Below are positions 17,555-27,812 of a stretch of DNA of 32,041 nt, one piece after another. The notes below the pieces were generated by a model, which made no database searches, was not told where the DNA came from, and worked only from the letters and a program-made list of their open reading frames with translations. Position numbers and translations under genes: made by a program. Position 1 is the first letter of the stretch, and every line of letters starts with the position of its first letter. Origin of the DNA: Myxococcota bacterium (lineage in GTDB: Bacteria; Myxococcota; XYA12-FULL-58-9; JABJBS01); contig JAYZAY010000058.1 of the NCBI GenBank assembly GCA_036339465.1, positions 1 through 32,041 of the forward strand, written 5' to 3'.

Positions 17555-18514
17555 TTAGGCGGCCGCGTGCCCAATCAGGCACTGCAGCTCTCGTTCTGCC
17601 ATAACCGCAATGGCATCCATCCCTGCAACAGAAAGCTTTGCCTCGACCTTACCATTGTAATTCGACGTCGAATTGATGTCGTAAGTGTATCGATTTCCCT
17701 CGGAATCTTCCACAAACTCAATGCCTGCGACTTCGATTTCGTGGGCCTTCATAAAGGCCAAATAGCGCTTCACCAAGGGGTCTTCAGCAGTGATTTCATG
17801 TCTCAATCTAAACTTCTCGTCTGCTGTTGCTTTGGAGTCGGGTGCTGGGCAAAAAGCATCACCGATTTCGCACGCATCTGCGGGACACAGTTCAAAACCA
17901 TCTTCAGTCGATGAACGAATGGCATAGAGGAACTGACCATCAACCATTTCAACCCGTGTTATAAAAGCCTCTGCGGGCTCAATATACTGCTGTAACAAGT
18001 TAATACCATCGGGAGAATCTTGAAAACTGCCTTCCTTTAGAAATTCGTCGAGCCCTTCGTGGGATCTAAAGAGCTGAACACCTAAGCCTTTCCCGCCTTG
18101 ATTATGCTTCGTGATAAAGGGTGGTTTCAAAACCCGAGAAGCCGTGCCCATGTCCTTGGTGCCCGTAACAGCGATGGTGCGAGGGGTGCGAATTCCAAAG
18201 GCCTCTAAAGCCGCATACTGATGAACTTTGCTGACTTCGAGACGAAAGGCCTGCGAACCATTGATGAGTCGGCAACCGGTGAAAGATTCGAGATAAGTAA
18301 GATACTCCTTCGCAAACCGCACGCCCGCTTGATGACCGCGGGTATGGGAGGAAGGGCTCATTCGATTGATATAAACCCCAGGCTTCGGTGTTTCACCGAA
18401 ATCCAAGACCCCACCATTCAGAAAGATCTCCTCAGTTTCGAGGTTCCGCTGCGCCAACGCTTTGCGAAGTGGTGGCATCCATTCTTCATTCTCATAGAGT
18501 ACATACACTTTCAT
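17555..18514 (-). CDS. RimK-like ATP-grasp ligase (alpha-L-glutamate ligase-related)
   Basis: INRMSPSSHTRGH, GIRTPRT, TKHNQGGKGLGVQLF, LLQQYI, TRVEMV, GIEF and YDINSTSNYN. Confidence 0.8.
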   Translation of the reverse strand: MKVYVLYENEEWMPPLRKALAQRNLETEEIFLNGGVLDFGETPKPGVYINRMSPSSHTRGHQAGVRFAKEYLTYLESFTGCRLINGSQAFRLEVSKVHQYAALEAFGIRTPRTIAVTGTKDMGTASRVLKPPFITKHNQGGKGLGVQLFRSHEGLDEFLKEGSFQDSPDGINLLQQYIEPAEAFITRVEMVDGQFLYAIRSSTEDGFELCPADACEIGDAFCPAPDSKATADEKFRLRHEITAEDPLVKRYLAFMKAHEIEVAGIEFVEDSEGNRYTYDINSTSNYNGKVEAKLSVAGMDAIAVMAERELQCLIGHAAA

Positions 18515-19429
18515 TTTTAGAATCCATTTTAAGTAATTAAACCAGAAGATTGGGCCAATCAATAAACATGACCAAATCTGTCATCAACCAAAGATGACCC
18601 CGGCTATCATGATTAACATCGGCAGGAAAGAAAAAAGTGCAATGAATGGCGCTAAGGATCCAGATTACAACTCATGGGTTGAACAATGATGCTATATGCG
18701 TTTCGAGCTATAGAGGGCATCGCCGATTTAAGGTGTAAAGTTAGGTGCCCGGTTTGCACCAAGTGCAATCAAGATCCATAGACAACGCTTTTATGTCCTG
18801 GGCTGGTCCGAAGCTTATCCGCCTCAGATTCCCTGAAGAGGGGAGGAATAGAGCCACATAAAAGGAGGCGCGCGTTCGATCTTGGGATTAACTTAAAGCC
18901 ACACCTAAGACCGCCAGGAGCACCGCCAGTTTTGGGGTTTGTATTTTGGGTTAGGGATTTTTGAGATGATCTTCAGGGGTTCGAGGGAATTTGGGAGGTG
19001 TTGGCTAAATCTTTAACGCTGCTGATTGAAGCGCAAATGACAGCCAAATTTAAGCAAGTCGCAGAGCCCCGCAAAAAACAAGTATCTCCCCAGAAAATAA
19101 CACCCCCACATTCCGAGTGCCGTCAAACGGGAAGTGGCCTTGCGCGACCATTTTCAGTGTCGCTTTGTGGGAAAATCTTGTCGGCAGGGGGGGGGGAACA
19201 GGGCCTGAAGTATCGCCACACCCAGAGAGGCAAAAAGCCCTTACAAACAGACAAAGACTTCTTGCCTCAAAAGATGGTTCTCCTTGAAAGGCAGTTTCAA
19301 GTTTTTTTGATGCCGTGGCGGGGCAAAGGGCTGAGTTTTGTTTTTTCTCTCTCAATATCCGCAGATATGAAACCAGAAATCGGGGAAATCAGGTTGACAC
19401 TTTGATTCTTCGGCCCCATACCCGAAACC

Positions 19430-19981
19430 ATGAATTGGGAAGATTGGTCACCGGAAGATGAAGAAGGGGGAATTGCCGAACGGGAGAGCGCCCGACTTCG
19501 ACGTGAAGCGACTCAATACGAGGAAAGATTAGCAGCCGCAACGCAGAAACTCGTGGAAATGAACCCCGAGGAGCTAGACCCACTTAATCTCCCCAACGAA
19601 TTGCAGGCTGCGATTTCTGTCGCCCGCCCCTTAAAACCCAGCAAGGCCCGCAATCGACAAATTCGACTTATCACCAAATTCTTCCGGAAATGGGAAGAAG
19701 CAGAGGGCACCGAAGCCCTGGAGAAAGTGGAGCGAAGCAATGAAAGCAAAGCCAACCAATTACGCGCCGTAGAACTCTGGAGAACCGCCCTGATGGAGCA
19801 TGGGGATGTGGCCCTAGGGGTATTGCTGTCCCACTCTCCCTCCGGCGACCGACAATATCTACGTCAACTCTGTCGAACCACCGCCAAAGCCAAAACCGAA
19901 ACGAAAAAACAGCGAGCCCATAAAGAACTCTTCCAAGCGCTTAAGAAATTAAATATCACCGAAGGTCCACCCCAATTCTAG
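19430..19981 (+). CDS. yjgA: Ribosome biogenesis factor YjgA/DarP (DUF615)
   Basis: KLVEM...L.LP.EL..AI..AR, ARNRQIRLITKFFR, ELWRTALMEHGD.AL, DRQYLRQL and KELFQAL. Confidence 0.75.
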   Translation: MNWEDWSPEDEEGGIAERESARLRREATQYEERLAAATQKLVEMNPEELDPLNLPNELQAAISVARPLKPSKARNRQIRLITKFFRKWEEAEGTEALEKVERSNESKANQLRAVELWRTALMEHGDVALGVLLSHSPSGDRQYLRQLCRTTAKAKTETKKQRAHKELFQALKKLNITEGPPQF

Positions 19982-20169
19982 GGCCTCATACTTAATGACA
20001 ACGACGTGAAAAACCTGTGATTCGTCACCACGCTTTGCCAATGGGGATCGTCGTAAGACAAGAACTGGGCATTGAATACTGGATGCTGAAACCCATCAAT
20101 ATGGATCCCGGGCCGAAGTACCAGTCCACAAGCGGATCCCATAGATGAGATACCAGTAGGGAGAGGGAA

Positions 20170-21795
20170 CTAACGCAGAAGACTTTGAATTTCCTCAAGC
20201 CCCCAATCCAATGTGTGATTGGTTTCGTAATTTTCCAAGGTTCGCTTCGCTTCGGTATCACTGCCCGTGCCGCAAGCATAATCGGCAAAATCAACCACAG
20301 CCTGGGTTCGTTGCATTAGTTGCCCTTCGGGCTTGAGAATTTCACTGAGTTTTTCAAATTGAACTTTCTGAGTAACGAGTTCCGCAGTTCCCAAGGGACG
20401 GTATTCGATTTCCAAAGTTGCGGGCTTATCCCAAGCTTCATCATCGCTCACCAAAAGGCGCGCGAGAAAGGTCAAATCATCGCCTTTGGCCAGGATGATA
20501 TTCTGGACGCGATTTTCACGGTCGGTGGATACTTCTTCTCCACTGAAAGACTCAAGGCGAATTCCGGGAGGAAAAGTCATGGCAATACTGATTTCATCCG
20601 CAGCCACTTCAACCATCTTCGAGAAATAATCACCAAACATCAACTCAACTTCGTCTAAGTTGGGCAGGAAGACATGAGCGCCTTTACCGGCATCGGTGAG
20701 TTGGTCCATACGCTCCCAATCGTAATCATAACCCACACCAAATCCAGAAAGATAAATGCCTTCCTGCTGCTCACGACGGGTTAGCCCTGCAAACCGCTCA
20801 ATATCGGTGTTGCCCACATTCGCACGGCCGTCTCCGAAAAGAAGAACCCGGTGAAGCATCCCCTCTTGATAATGTGCCTGCGCCAAACGATAAGCTTCAT
20901 TCAAACCCGCGAGCATATTGGTCGCTGAACCTGGTCGAAGCGCTTCAAATGCTTCCCGAATATCATTTTCGGATTCGCTGAATTCCTTATTTTCAAAGAT
21001 GACATGGGATGAGCTATCGAAAGTTACGAGAGTAAGGTGGTCACCTTCTTTTAGGTGCTGTAGCATCTTGACCAGAGCCTTTCGAACAAACTCGATTTTG
21101 TCTCCACTCATGGAACCAGAAACATCCACGCACATCACTAAATGCCAGTTGCGGCGGATATCGGTTGTGATTTGGTCGCCATTCATTTGAAAGAGCAAAT
21201 CAAAACCATCGTTGGATTCTGCTTCTGCGCAATCCTCGCCAACCTCACAATCCACTTGAGGTGCGGATTCGATTTCCCGTCGGGTGGCTTTCAAAGCCAA
21301 GCCAATACCCGAACTGTCGGCGCTCTCATAAGCCCATTCCTCTTGGTCATACAACGCCTTAGGCGCATCGTAGTAATTCACAAATTCGTGGGGCTTGAGA
21401 TTTCGATGCCCCACACTTCGATCCAATTTGTAGAATTGAGCCGAAGCCATACTCGTTGAATCATCGGGCGAAAATTGGATCCAAACCTCTTCGCCAGCCG
21501 TCGGATCATCTAGAGATTCCTCAGCGGAAGTCCCGTCGTCGTCAGATTCAGCAAATTCATCGGAACCGGTGGAATTGCCTATGGAGGGGGATGATTCAGT
21601 CGCAGAATCCTCCTGGCGAGGGCTGGAATTTCCAATATCGGCCGACGTCGCAGTATCAGTGGAGGAAGCCCCACCTGAGCCAGCATACGAACGACTCTCA
21701 GCTGCACTGTCGCTGCTAAGACTGTCGCTACATGCCAGCCCCCACAGCAAAACCAAAAATATCATGAACCCTTTAACGAATCTCATTCTCATCAC
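20170..21795 (-). CDS. VWA-domain lipoprotein (YfbK-like)
   Basis: Lipobox GLAC, Ser/Asp/Glu-rich linker, HEFVNYY, MIDAS DVSGSM, GSATNMLAGL, LFGDGRANVG and GFGVG. The true start may be ATG 21792 or 21786. Confidence 0.85.
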   Translation of the reverse strand: MMRMRFVKGFMIFLVLLWGLACSDSLSSDSAAESRSYAGSGGASSTDTATSADIGNSSPRQEDSATESSPSIGNSTGSDEFAESDDDGTSAEESLDDPTAGEEVWIQFSPDDSTSMASAQFYKLDRSVGHRNLKPHEFVNYYDAPKALYDQEEWAYESADSSGIGLALKATRREIESAPQVDCEVGEDCAEAESNDGFDLLFQMNGDQITTDIRRNWHLVMCVDVSGSMSGDKIEFVRKALVKMLQHLKEGDHLTLVTFDSSSHVIFENKEFSESENDIREAFEALRPGSATNMLAGLNEAYRLAQAHYQEGMLHRVLLFGDGRANVGNTDIERFAGLTRREQQEGIYLSGFGVGYDYDWERMDQLTDAGKGAHVFLPNLDEVELMFGDYFSKMVEVAADEISIAMTFPPGIRLESFSGEEVSTDRENRVQNIILAKGDDLTFLARLLVSDDEAWDKPATLEIEYRPLGTAELVTQKVQFEKLSEILKPEGQLMQRTQAVVDFADYACGTGSDTEAKRTLENYETNHTLDWGLEEIQSLLR

Positions 21796-21827
21796 TCCTG
21801 TGGAAGTAAACGTATGTCACCTGTACA

Positions 21828-21844
21828 AGCATATATCGCGCCAA
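21828..21844 (-). promoter_or_regulatory. Candidate sigma-54 (-24/-12) promoter of the VWA lipoprotein gene
   Basis: The minus strand reads TTGGCGCGATATATGCT (GG-N10-GC spacing) about 35 nt upstream of the start. Confidence 0.55.
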
Positions 21845-21859
21845 GTTTTCGACGAGAAT

Positions 21860-21942
21860 AATGATAATCTATTCAGTGAGTTATCATTTATCGTCCCCCG
21901 AGAAAAAGACTCAATTCGTTAACATTATCACGCAATGTTAAC
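21860..21942. promoter_or_regulatory. Two inverted repeats, candidate transcription-factor (enhancer) sites
   Basis: AATGATAA-N13-TTATCATT (21860-21888) and GTTAACATT-N7-AATGTTAAC (21918-21942), upstream of the sigma-54-like motif. Confidence 0.45.
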
Positions 21943-22055
21943 AAATGGACACAGGTAATTTTGGGGCTTGGCCCCAGGAGCACCGAGTCGATCCCAAGCC
22001 CAGGAAAGGACCGCAAAAGCTCCGGAGATGGCCATCAAGTTGGACATCCAAAAAA

Positions 22056-23156
22056 CTAGAATTGATGCAGCACGAATTTCACCCAGTGGGCTTCCACATA
22101 AGCCCCTAAAACCAGCATGAAGATGGCCACCCCCAACATCTTCAAAAACCGTTGACTCTCCTCCTTAAACCGAGGGGACATAAAATCGTGCCAGAGAAAT
22201 AGCCTCGAAAGTCCAATGGAGCCCATAGAACCGCCGATATAGGCCATGGTTTCCAGGGTTAGGTGGGGCAGAACTGCGATGAGAGCTTTAAGGCTGTACA
22301 TGAGTGGAGAGGCATCCACCATCCCCAAGCTCTGCTTGAAGAGGATGGTGAGGGTGAGTCCCCAGATACACGCATTCCAAGCGAGAATTAAAACCGCCGC
22401 GTAGGCACGATAGATAAAGGAGAGGACCCCCATGGTCATGAAAACACTGAAGTTGTGCACAAACACCGACGAAAATTGCCCAAAACGACGCTGCTCCAGA
22501 GTGCTCTTGTCGGATAAATTCGCCGATTCCAAGATGAAACCGAAAACCCGATGGAGGACCTCCTGTTCGATGGTAAGGGCAACCCCTACGAACGCCACTA
22601 AAATCCCCGCGAATAACGCGAAAATATCCACCAACTCATTCTTGAGATCCACGTCGGCCAAGACCACATTGAAACGGGTGGTCAAAGCGGCGGAAAAGAG
22701 AAAAAGGGCGATGAGTCCACTGTTTCGGAGTCCCACCACATAATGGACAAAAAGGAAACTGATCACCGTGATCAACAGCGCCTCGATAAACAATTGAAAA
22801 TGGCGCCCCCACCAATGATGTTTGAGGGGAGAAAGAAAAGCGTGGGATAAAAAGGTGGTTTCCTTTTTTGCCGCCACCGCCAAACAAGCCGAGAGTTGTG
22901 CTTCCGAAATATATCCCTGCTCCACCAAGACATCACCCAATTTCGCCCCGGTCTTCTTTTGGATCCCCAGGGCCGTCTCAATATCCTCTTCCCGGGTGCC
23001 GTAGAGCGCTTGAACCAAATGGCCCAAGGGCCGCCCAAATAATTCGTCGACCTTGCCGCCCTGCACTTCGGAGGCACTCGATCCCGAGGCCGGCGAAGCT
23101 GCTTGGAGAGATACCGGCTCAACCGCCTCGGCTATGGGTTCGCTTAATTCAGTCAT
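22056..23156 (-). CDS. SpoIIM-like integral membrane protein with N-terminal tandem MshEN-like module
   Basis: C-terminal multi-TM region with FVHNFSV, ILAWNA, LPHLTLETMAY and GAYVE (SpoIIM/DUF95 hallmarks). N-terminal PLGHLV...ALGIQ-KKTGA-KLGDVLVEQGYISEAQLSACL. Confidence 0.72.
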   Translation of the reverse strand: MTELSEPIAEAVEPVSLQAASPASGSSASEVQGGKVDELFGRPLGHLVQALYGTREEDIETALGIQKKTGAKLGDVLVEQGYISEAQLSACLAVAAKKETTFLSHAFLSPLKHHWWGRHFQLFIEALLITVISFLFVHYVVGLRNSGLIALFLFSAALTTRFNVVLADVDLKNELVDIFALFAGILVAFVGVALTIEQEVLHRVFGFILESANLSDKSTLEQRRFGQFSSVFVHNFSVFMTMGVLSFIYRAYAAVLILAWNACIWGLTLTILFKQSLGMVDASPLMYSLKALIAVLPHLTLETMAYIGGSMGSIGLSRLFLWHDFMSPRFKEESQRFLKMLGVAIFMLVLGAYVEAHWVKFVLHQF

Positions 23157-23620
23157 GGTGGGTTCTCCCCCAAGCTTAGTGGGCATCAAAGGGAAGGTCT
23201 AGTGCCCAAGAATATAGTGCCCCCAAAGGGTAGAGATAGTATCCACAGAGAAACGAAGTGCCTACCTTGATAAAGATCCGGAAAACATTCAATTTTCTAC
23301 GGAAGAAGAAACAGAAATAGCAGCTCTGGATACTAACCTGGCAACATTGAGCGAAAAAACCTTGAGCATCCCACCAAGTCAAGCGCCTTAAGTTCTTGTT
23401 CTTGGCAACCCATGGTGATGACCTATGGATTCTAAGCAACCGAGCTTTGTTGAAACTCAACATGACCAAAGGCACTTAGCTTGGGCCCACCCATAAACAA
23501 GCCTTTGAAGCGATTGGTTCCTTTGATGTGTCAGAGGAATATGACAACAACTTCCCAAACACTGGGGGGGGGTAACACCGATCTCAAAAACATCAATGGA
23601 AAAGTTCTAAAGCCAAGCCT

Positions 23621-24703
23621 TCAATAACGCGAAGAGTCCAAAAAACCAATGGGATTGCTTGGGTCTACACCTTCCATCAAGGGTTTGCTACGGTCTTGGT
23701 TGGTAATTTGATAAGTCATCCCCAACCAGTTATTAAACACGCTCTTGGCCGTATCCCCCCAGGCATTATCAATCTGCGACAAAATGGTCTCCTCAGGAAA
23801 ACCTTCCAAGGCCACAATATTCCTGGGTCCCGCGAGAAAATTATGATGAAAATCATTCAATAATTCCTGGCCCCTCAAATAAAAATAACCATCGGGAAGG
23901 GATGGTTAGTCCTCGCGAGGGTGCTCCAAAAAGCGACCAATCTCCCGTTTATATTCCTTAAGAAGACTGATGCGGTCATACTCGGGGTGCCCCTGAAAAT
24001 ACACAAAGCGAAAACCATCGGGACTCACCGCGAGATGGACACCAGCCACTTCACTCCCCACCAAGAGATGTAAACCTTTGCTCAACATAGATTCCGCCGA
24101 GATATCGTTCAATCGAGAATGAGGCACATCAAAACGCGTATTGATATTTCGAACCAGCGGATGAGTTAAGGATTGCAGCCGATGAGAAAAGACGCCCCAA
24201 CGTTTTTCAGCTAGGGGCTCCCGTTCCAAACCATAAAACTCGTAGACCGCAGCATGGGAGGCCAAACACGCACATAGGGTGGAGGTCACTTGGGATTTTG
24301 CAAAAGCCAACACCTCCTTAAGCTCATCCCAAAATGGCGCTTCCTCAAATGAGCTCGGTGGAACATTCGCTCCGGTAATAATCAATGCATCCAAACCCTA
24401 TTTCTTCAACTCGGCGAAGTCACGATAGTAACGGTCAATGTAGGACTGCGTGGCTGCACTCCGCTCAACCCCCTTCACCGTAAACCGGTGGACGTAAAAT
24501 TGCGCAATCTTATTACACCCCCCAATCAATCGCATAAATTGCCTCTCGGTCGCCTCAAGGGCCGCATCGGGCATCATATTCAACAAACCGACATGGAGTT
24601 CACGAATGTGCTGCTCATGGGCGCGACTTAGCCCCAATATCTCCTCGCCCTCGGACTCTAACCGAGAGAAAGAGGGAAGTTGTGAATGGGCGACTAAGGG
24701 CAT
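23621..24703 (-). pseudogene. metA: Homoserine O-succinyl/acetyltransferase (MetA family) interrupted by two in-frame stops
   Basis: One frame reads MPLVAH...IRELHVGLLNMMPDAALEATERQF...ELKK*GLDALIITGAN...LCACLASHA...PHSR...QGHPEYD...RED*PSLPDGYF...WGDTAKSVFNNWLG. TAG at 24398-24400 and TAA at 23906-23908. Confidence 0.85.
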
Positions 24704-25064
24704 TTCATTTCCTCAAATCAGCGAACTCGAAGTGTAATTAATGAGACCCTCGCCCTACTTTCCTCTGAAATCTAAACGGCGCCACTTCGAAAATTTTCCT
24801 GGTAGCAACCAACAATAACTAAGTGAACGCCTATCTCGCTCGAAATATCTGCTTATCGTAATCTAGTGGCACCAGGTAACCCTGTGGCAAAATGGACCAC
24901 CACCAATCGAAAACCAAAGACGAAACGCCGAATGATGGTTTCATAATTCGATGCTTTTGGTTTACTCTCGGATTTTCCATGATTTGTGACACTCTCAAAT
25001 ATGTCAATCGCGTCAAAGTCGTTTGGTGCCACAAACCGAACAAAAAAGACCACAAAAAAAACAA

Positions 25065-25090
25065 TTGACGTGCCGGGAAACGCCCCCAGT
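25065..25090 (+). promoter_or_regulatory. Possible heat-shock (sigma-32-like) promoter of hsp20
   Basis: TTGACG-N13-CCCCAGT resembles TTGAAA-N13/14-CCCCATNT. Partial match only. Confidence 0.25.
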
Positions 25091-25137
25091 CTAGTATTGC
25101 AGCGTATGTCGCAAAACAAAACAAAGGAGAAATCACT

Positions 25138-25566
25138 ATGTTAACCCTATTATCACAACCGCATCGCGGCTTGATTCATTTCACCAAAAACCTTGACGAT
25201 TTTCTTCGTGCCCCTACCATACAAACAGGCGCGCTCTCATTTAGCCCCCCCGTCGAAGTAGAGGAGCTTGATGATAAATTTATTCTCCAGGCCGATTTAC
25301 CCGGTATCGACGAGAACAATCTCGACATCAATGTGAATGAAGGCACCTTGACCCTCTCGGGTGAGCGGACCGCGAGCGAATCAAAAGAAGGGCGAAATTA
25401 CGTCTTCCGAGAACGACAATTCGGGAAATTCACGCGCTCATTCCGACTGGGCAATGCCGTGGACGAAGCCAAAATCGTAGCCTCATTCGACCGCGGGGTC
25501 CTCACCATCGAAATACCCAAACGCGAACAAGCTCAAAAAAGGCGGATCCCAATTACCATCCATTAA
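25138..25566 (+). CDS. Hsp20/alpha-crystallin small heat-shock protein
   Basis: PPVEVEE...ADLPGID...LTLSGER...RERQFGKFTRSFRL...ASFDRGVLTIEIPK and a C-terminal IPI motif. AAGGAG RBS. Confidence 0.93.
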   Translation: MLTLLSQPHRGLIHFTKNLDDFLRAPTIQTGALSFSPPVEVEELDDKFILQADLPGIDENNLDINVNEGTLTLSGERTASESKEGRNYVFRERQFGKFTRSFRLGNAVDEAKIVASFDRGVLTIEIPKREQAQKRRIPITIH

Positions 25567-25573
25567 CCCCCAT

Positions 25574-25611
25574 CCCAGCGCCTTTCATACCCGAATGGGA
25601 AAGGCGCTGGG
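25574..25611 (+). terminator. GC-rich hairpin after hsp20
   Basis: CCCAGCGCCTTTC ... GAAAGGCGCTGGG perfect 13-bp stem 7 nt after the stop, with no clear U tract. Confidence 0.55.
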
Positions 25612-25797
25612 GCAGCGAAAATATCTAATTTTTGCACTAGCCCTCCTAGGATTTTGTCCCTATGCGTGGCCCGAAACCGGGGAGCTGGAAGACGGAGTCG
25701 TCGGTGTGAGGTAATCGAATTTTCTCACGCAAAAACTTACTCCCTGGGGAAACAGACTACGCCATGGGCAATTCCCATCTACGAGGACAACCGAGCA

Positions 25798-26445
25798 ATG
25801 CACCAATTAGACAAGCAAAAGACATTCTTTCCGAACAAACACCCCTGGATAACCGGATGCTTCCTGGGAATCATCATGGTGTTTACCTCCGGCGTGGGGA
25901 TTGCCTCCCCCCCGACTCAATCCTCGCTCCCCTTGGTAAACGTTGGGCAAAACTCGAGCGTCGATACAAACAATCACGTCAATATTAGAATCGGCGTCAC
26001 CAGCGCCAGTACCAACCGGCGACCCGAGATCTGCCTCGAAGCGAGAGTATGGGGAGATTTCAGCGTCGAAGCTTGCGGTACGGGTTCCGGGATCCTCCAC
26101 AAAGACCTCGGCTCGGAAATCGCTCATTTCCGAGCCAAATGGGCCACCCAAAAATGGGTCTTAGAGCACTCAACTCTACACTCCCAATTGGGCGTCGGTT
26201 TTGCCGAGCTCCAAATCGGCGAAGACGAAAGTGGCTTTGCCTTCGGTTCCGCCCCCCGCGGCATCGAAACCGCCGGCCCAGAAATCTCCGCCTCCGTCCA
26301 ATGGTGGTTCCCCCTCGGCGCCGGCATCGAGTTGGGCGTTGACACCACACTGGGCGCCGCCTATTTCCATCACGCCCCCAAACTCAAAAAACCACACTAC
26401 CCATTGATCCCCTTTATCGATGTCAGTGCCGGAGTAGGGTGGTAA
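25798..26445 (+). CDS. Hypothetical secreted protein, possible small outer-membrane beta-barrel
   Basis: Hydrophobic signal-like segment, amphipathic strands and an aromatic C-terminus (DVSAGVGW). Start codon uncertain. Confidence 0.55.
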   Translation: MHQLDKQKTFFPNKHPWITGCFLGIIMVFTSGVGIASPPTQSSLPLVNVGQNSSVDTNNHVNIRIGVTSASTNRRPEICLEARVWGDFSVEACGTGSGILHKDLGSEIAHFRAKWATQKWVLEHSTLHSQLGVGFAELQIGEDESGFAFGSAPRGIETAGPEISASVQWWFPLGAGIELGVDTTLGAAYFHHAPKLKKPHYPLIPFIDVSAGVGW

Positions 26446-26602
26446 CATTGGCCTAAATCGGCTGGAAAAAACCAAAATCCCAAGAAAAAAACCCCTAATC
26501 ATGCACCAAATACTTTCGCTTCCCGCCCAATCCGAGTACGGTCGAGCGCCCCGCCACGGTGGCCTGGGCTATTTTGAAGCCAATTTGTTTGAAGGAAATA
26601 CC

Positions 26603-27664
26603 ATGAGAACCTTGAAATCTACTGTCCTCGTCACTTGCGTCGCCTTGGTTTGGGCCTGTAATCCAGCCCAAAAACAAGTCGGTCAACCCGCCCAAGCAGC
26701 TAACCCATCCGGAGATACCGTTGTCGCTGAAGTGACCAGCAAAAAAATCACCCTCGCCGAAGTGGATAAAACCATCACACGCGAACTCGATGAGCTAGAA
26801 GAAAAACGCTACGAACTTCGAGAAAAAGCCATCCAGAATATGGTTTTGGAAGAGCTCCTAACCCAAGAAGCCAAGAAACTCAGCCTTGCGGATCCAGACG
26901 CGGTGGTCAAAAAGCAACTTGAAGGAAAAAAAGCGCCCACCGATGAAGAAATCAAGGCGTTCTTCGAAACACGCGTCAAGCCCCAAGTAGGCCCCACCGC
27001 CACCCTCGAAAAGTTCAGAGAACGCATCGTGGGTTTCCTAGGCGCCGAAGCCGACAAGAAAATCCTCGACGGCTACTTCACGGGCCTCAAGGCGGCAGCC
27101 AACATCAAGATTACCCTCACCAAGCCTGATCGACCTCGGGTTGAAATCGCCAAAAGCGGACCCTCCAAAGGGCAAGCCAATGCCCCTATCACCATCGTCG
27201 AATTTGCAGATTTCGAATGTCCTTATTGCTCACAAATGGGAAGCCGACTCAGCAAAGTGGTCGATACTTATCCGGGCAAAGTTCAAGTGTTCTACAAGCA
27301 TTTCCCACTTGCCTTTCATAAGAATGCCCGCAAAGCCGCCGAAGCTTCTCTTTGCGCCGATGAGCAAAAAGCCTTCTGGAAATTTCACGACGTGCTCTAC
27401 GCCAATCAAAGAGGCCTCGGCGACGACAAGTACGCGGACTTTGCCAAGGAAGCCGGTCTCGATGAAGCCAGTTTTCAAGCCTGCATGAGTTCCGGTAAAT
27501 TCAAAAAACAGGTGGAAGCCGACTACCAAGAAGGCAAAAAAATCGGGGTTCAAGGTACGCCGTCTGTCTATATCAATGGCCTCCTTACCAAAAAGTTGGA
27601 GCCTGAGCAGCTAATCACCGCAGTTGCCGACGAGCTCAAAAAACTCGAAACAGCTGCGAAATAA
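26603..27664 (+). CDS. DsbA/thioredoxin-family oxidoreductase lipoprotein with N-terminal SurA-like helical domain
   Basis: Lipobox VWAC, VVAEV..KKITLAEVD, APITIVEFADFECPYC, KHFPL and GVQGTPS (cis-Pro loop). GAAGGA precedes ATG 26603. Confidence 0.88.
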   Translation: MRTLKSTVLVTCVALVWACNPAQKQVGQPAQAANPSGDTVVAEVTSKKITLAEVDKTITRELDELEEKRYELREKAIQNMVLEELLTQEAKKLSLADPDAVVKKQLEGKKAPTDEEIKAFFETRVKPQVGPTATLEKFRERIVGFLGAEADKKILDGYFTGLKAAANIKITLTKPDRPRVEIAKSGPSKGQANAPITIVEFADFECPYCSQMGSRLSKVVDTYPGKVQVFYKHFPLAFHKNARKAAEASLCADEQKAFWKFHDVLYANQRGLGDDKYADFAKEAGLDEASFQACMSSGKFKKQVEADYQEGKKIGVQGTPSVYINGLLTKKLEPEQLITAVADELKKLETAAK

Positions 27665-27812
27665 TCTTCTAAGCTTATCCCCTTAGGGCCTACCGTGCAT
27701 CGAATGGCAGGCCCCCTTTGAGATCCCCCAAAAATACCCCGAAATAATAGACTCGCATCCAACGTGGCATGTACCGTCTACCCTTGTCCAATGAAGCACC
27801 GGCCAAAAATAT

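Noticed and set aside
18560..19405. Short ORFs (18998..19405, 19050..19355) and a G homopolymer
   Set aside because: No family motifs. Probably intergenic or unrecognisably decayed DNA.
23230..23580. Protein-like plus-strand fragments between the SpoIIM-like gene and metA
   Set aside because: May be a gene relic, but it is broken by stops and I cannot assign it.
23621..24703. Stop-codon reassignment or pyrrolysine in metA
   Set aside because: There is one TAG and one TAA at positions of different expected residues, and both codons act as normal stops elsewhere in the window.
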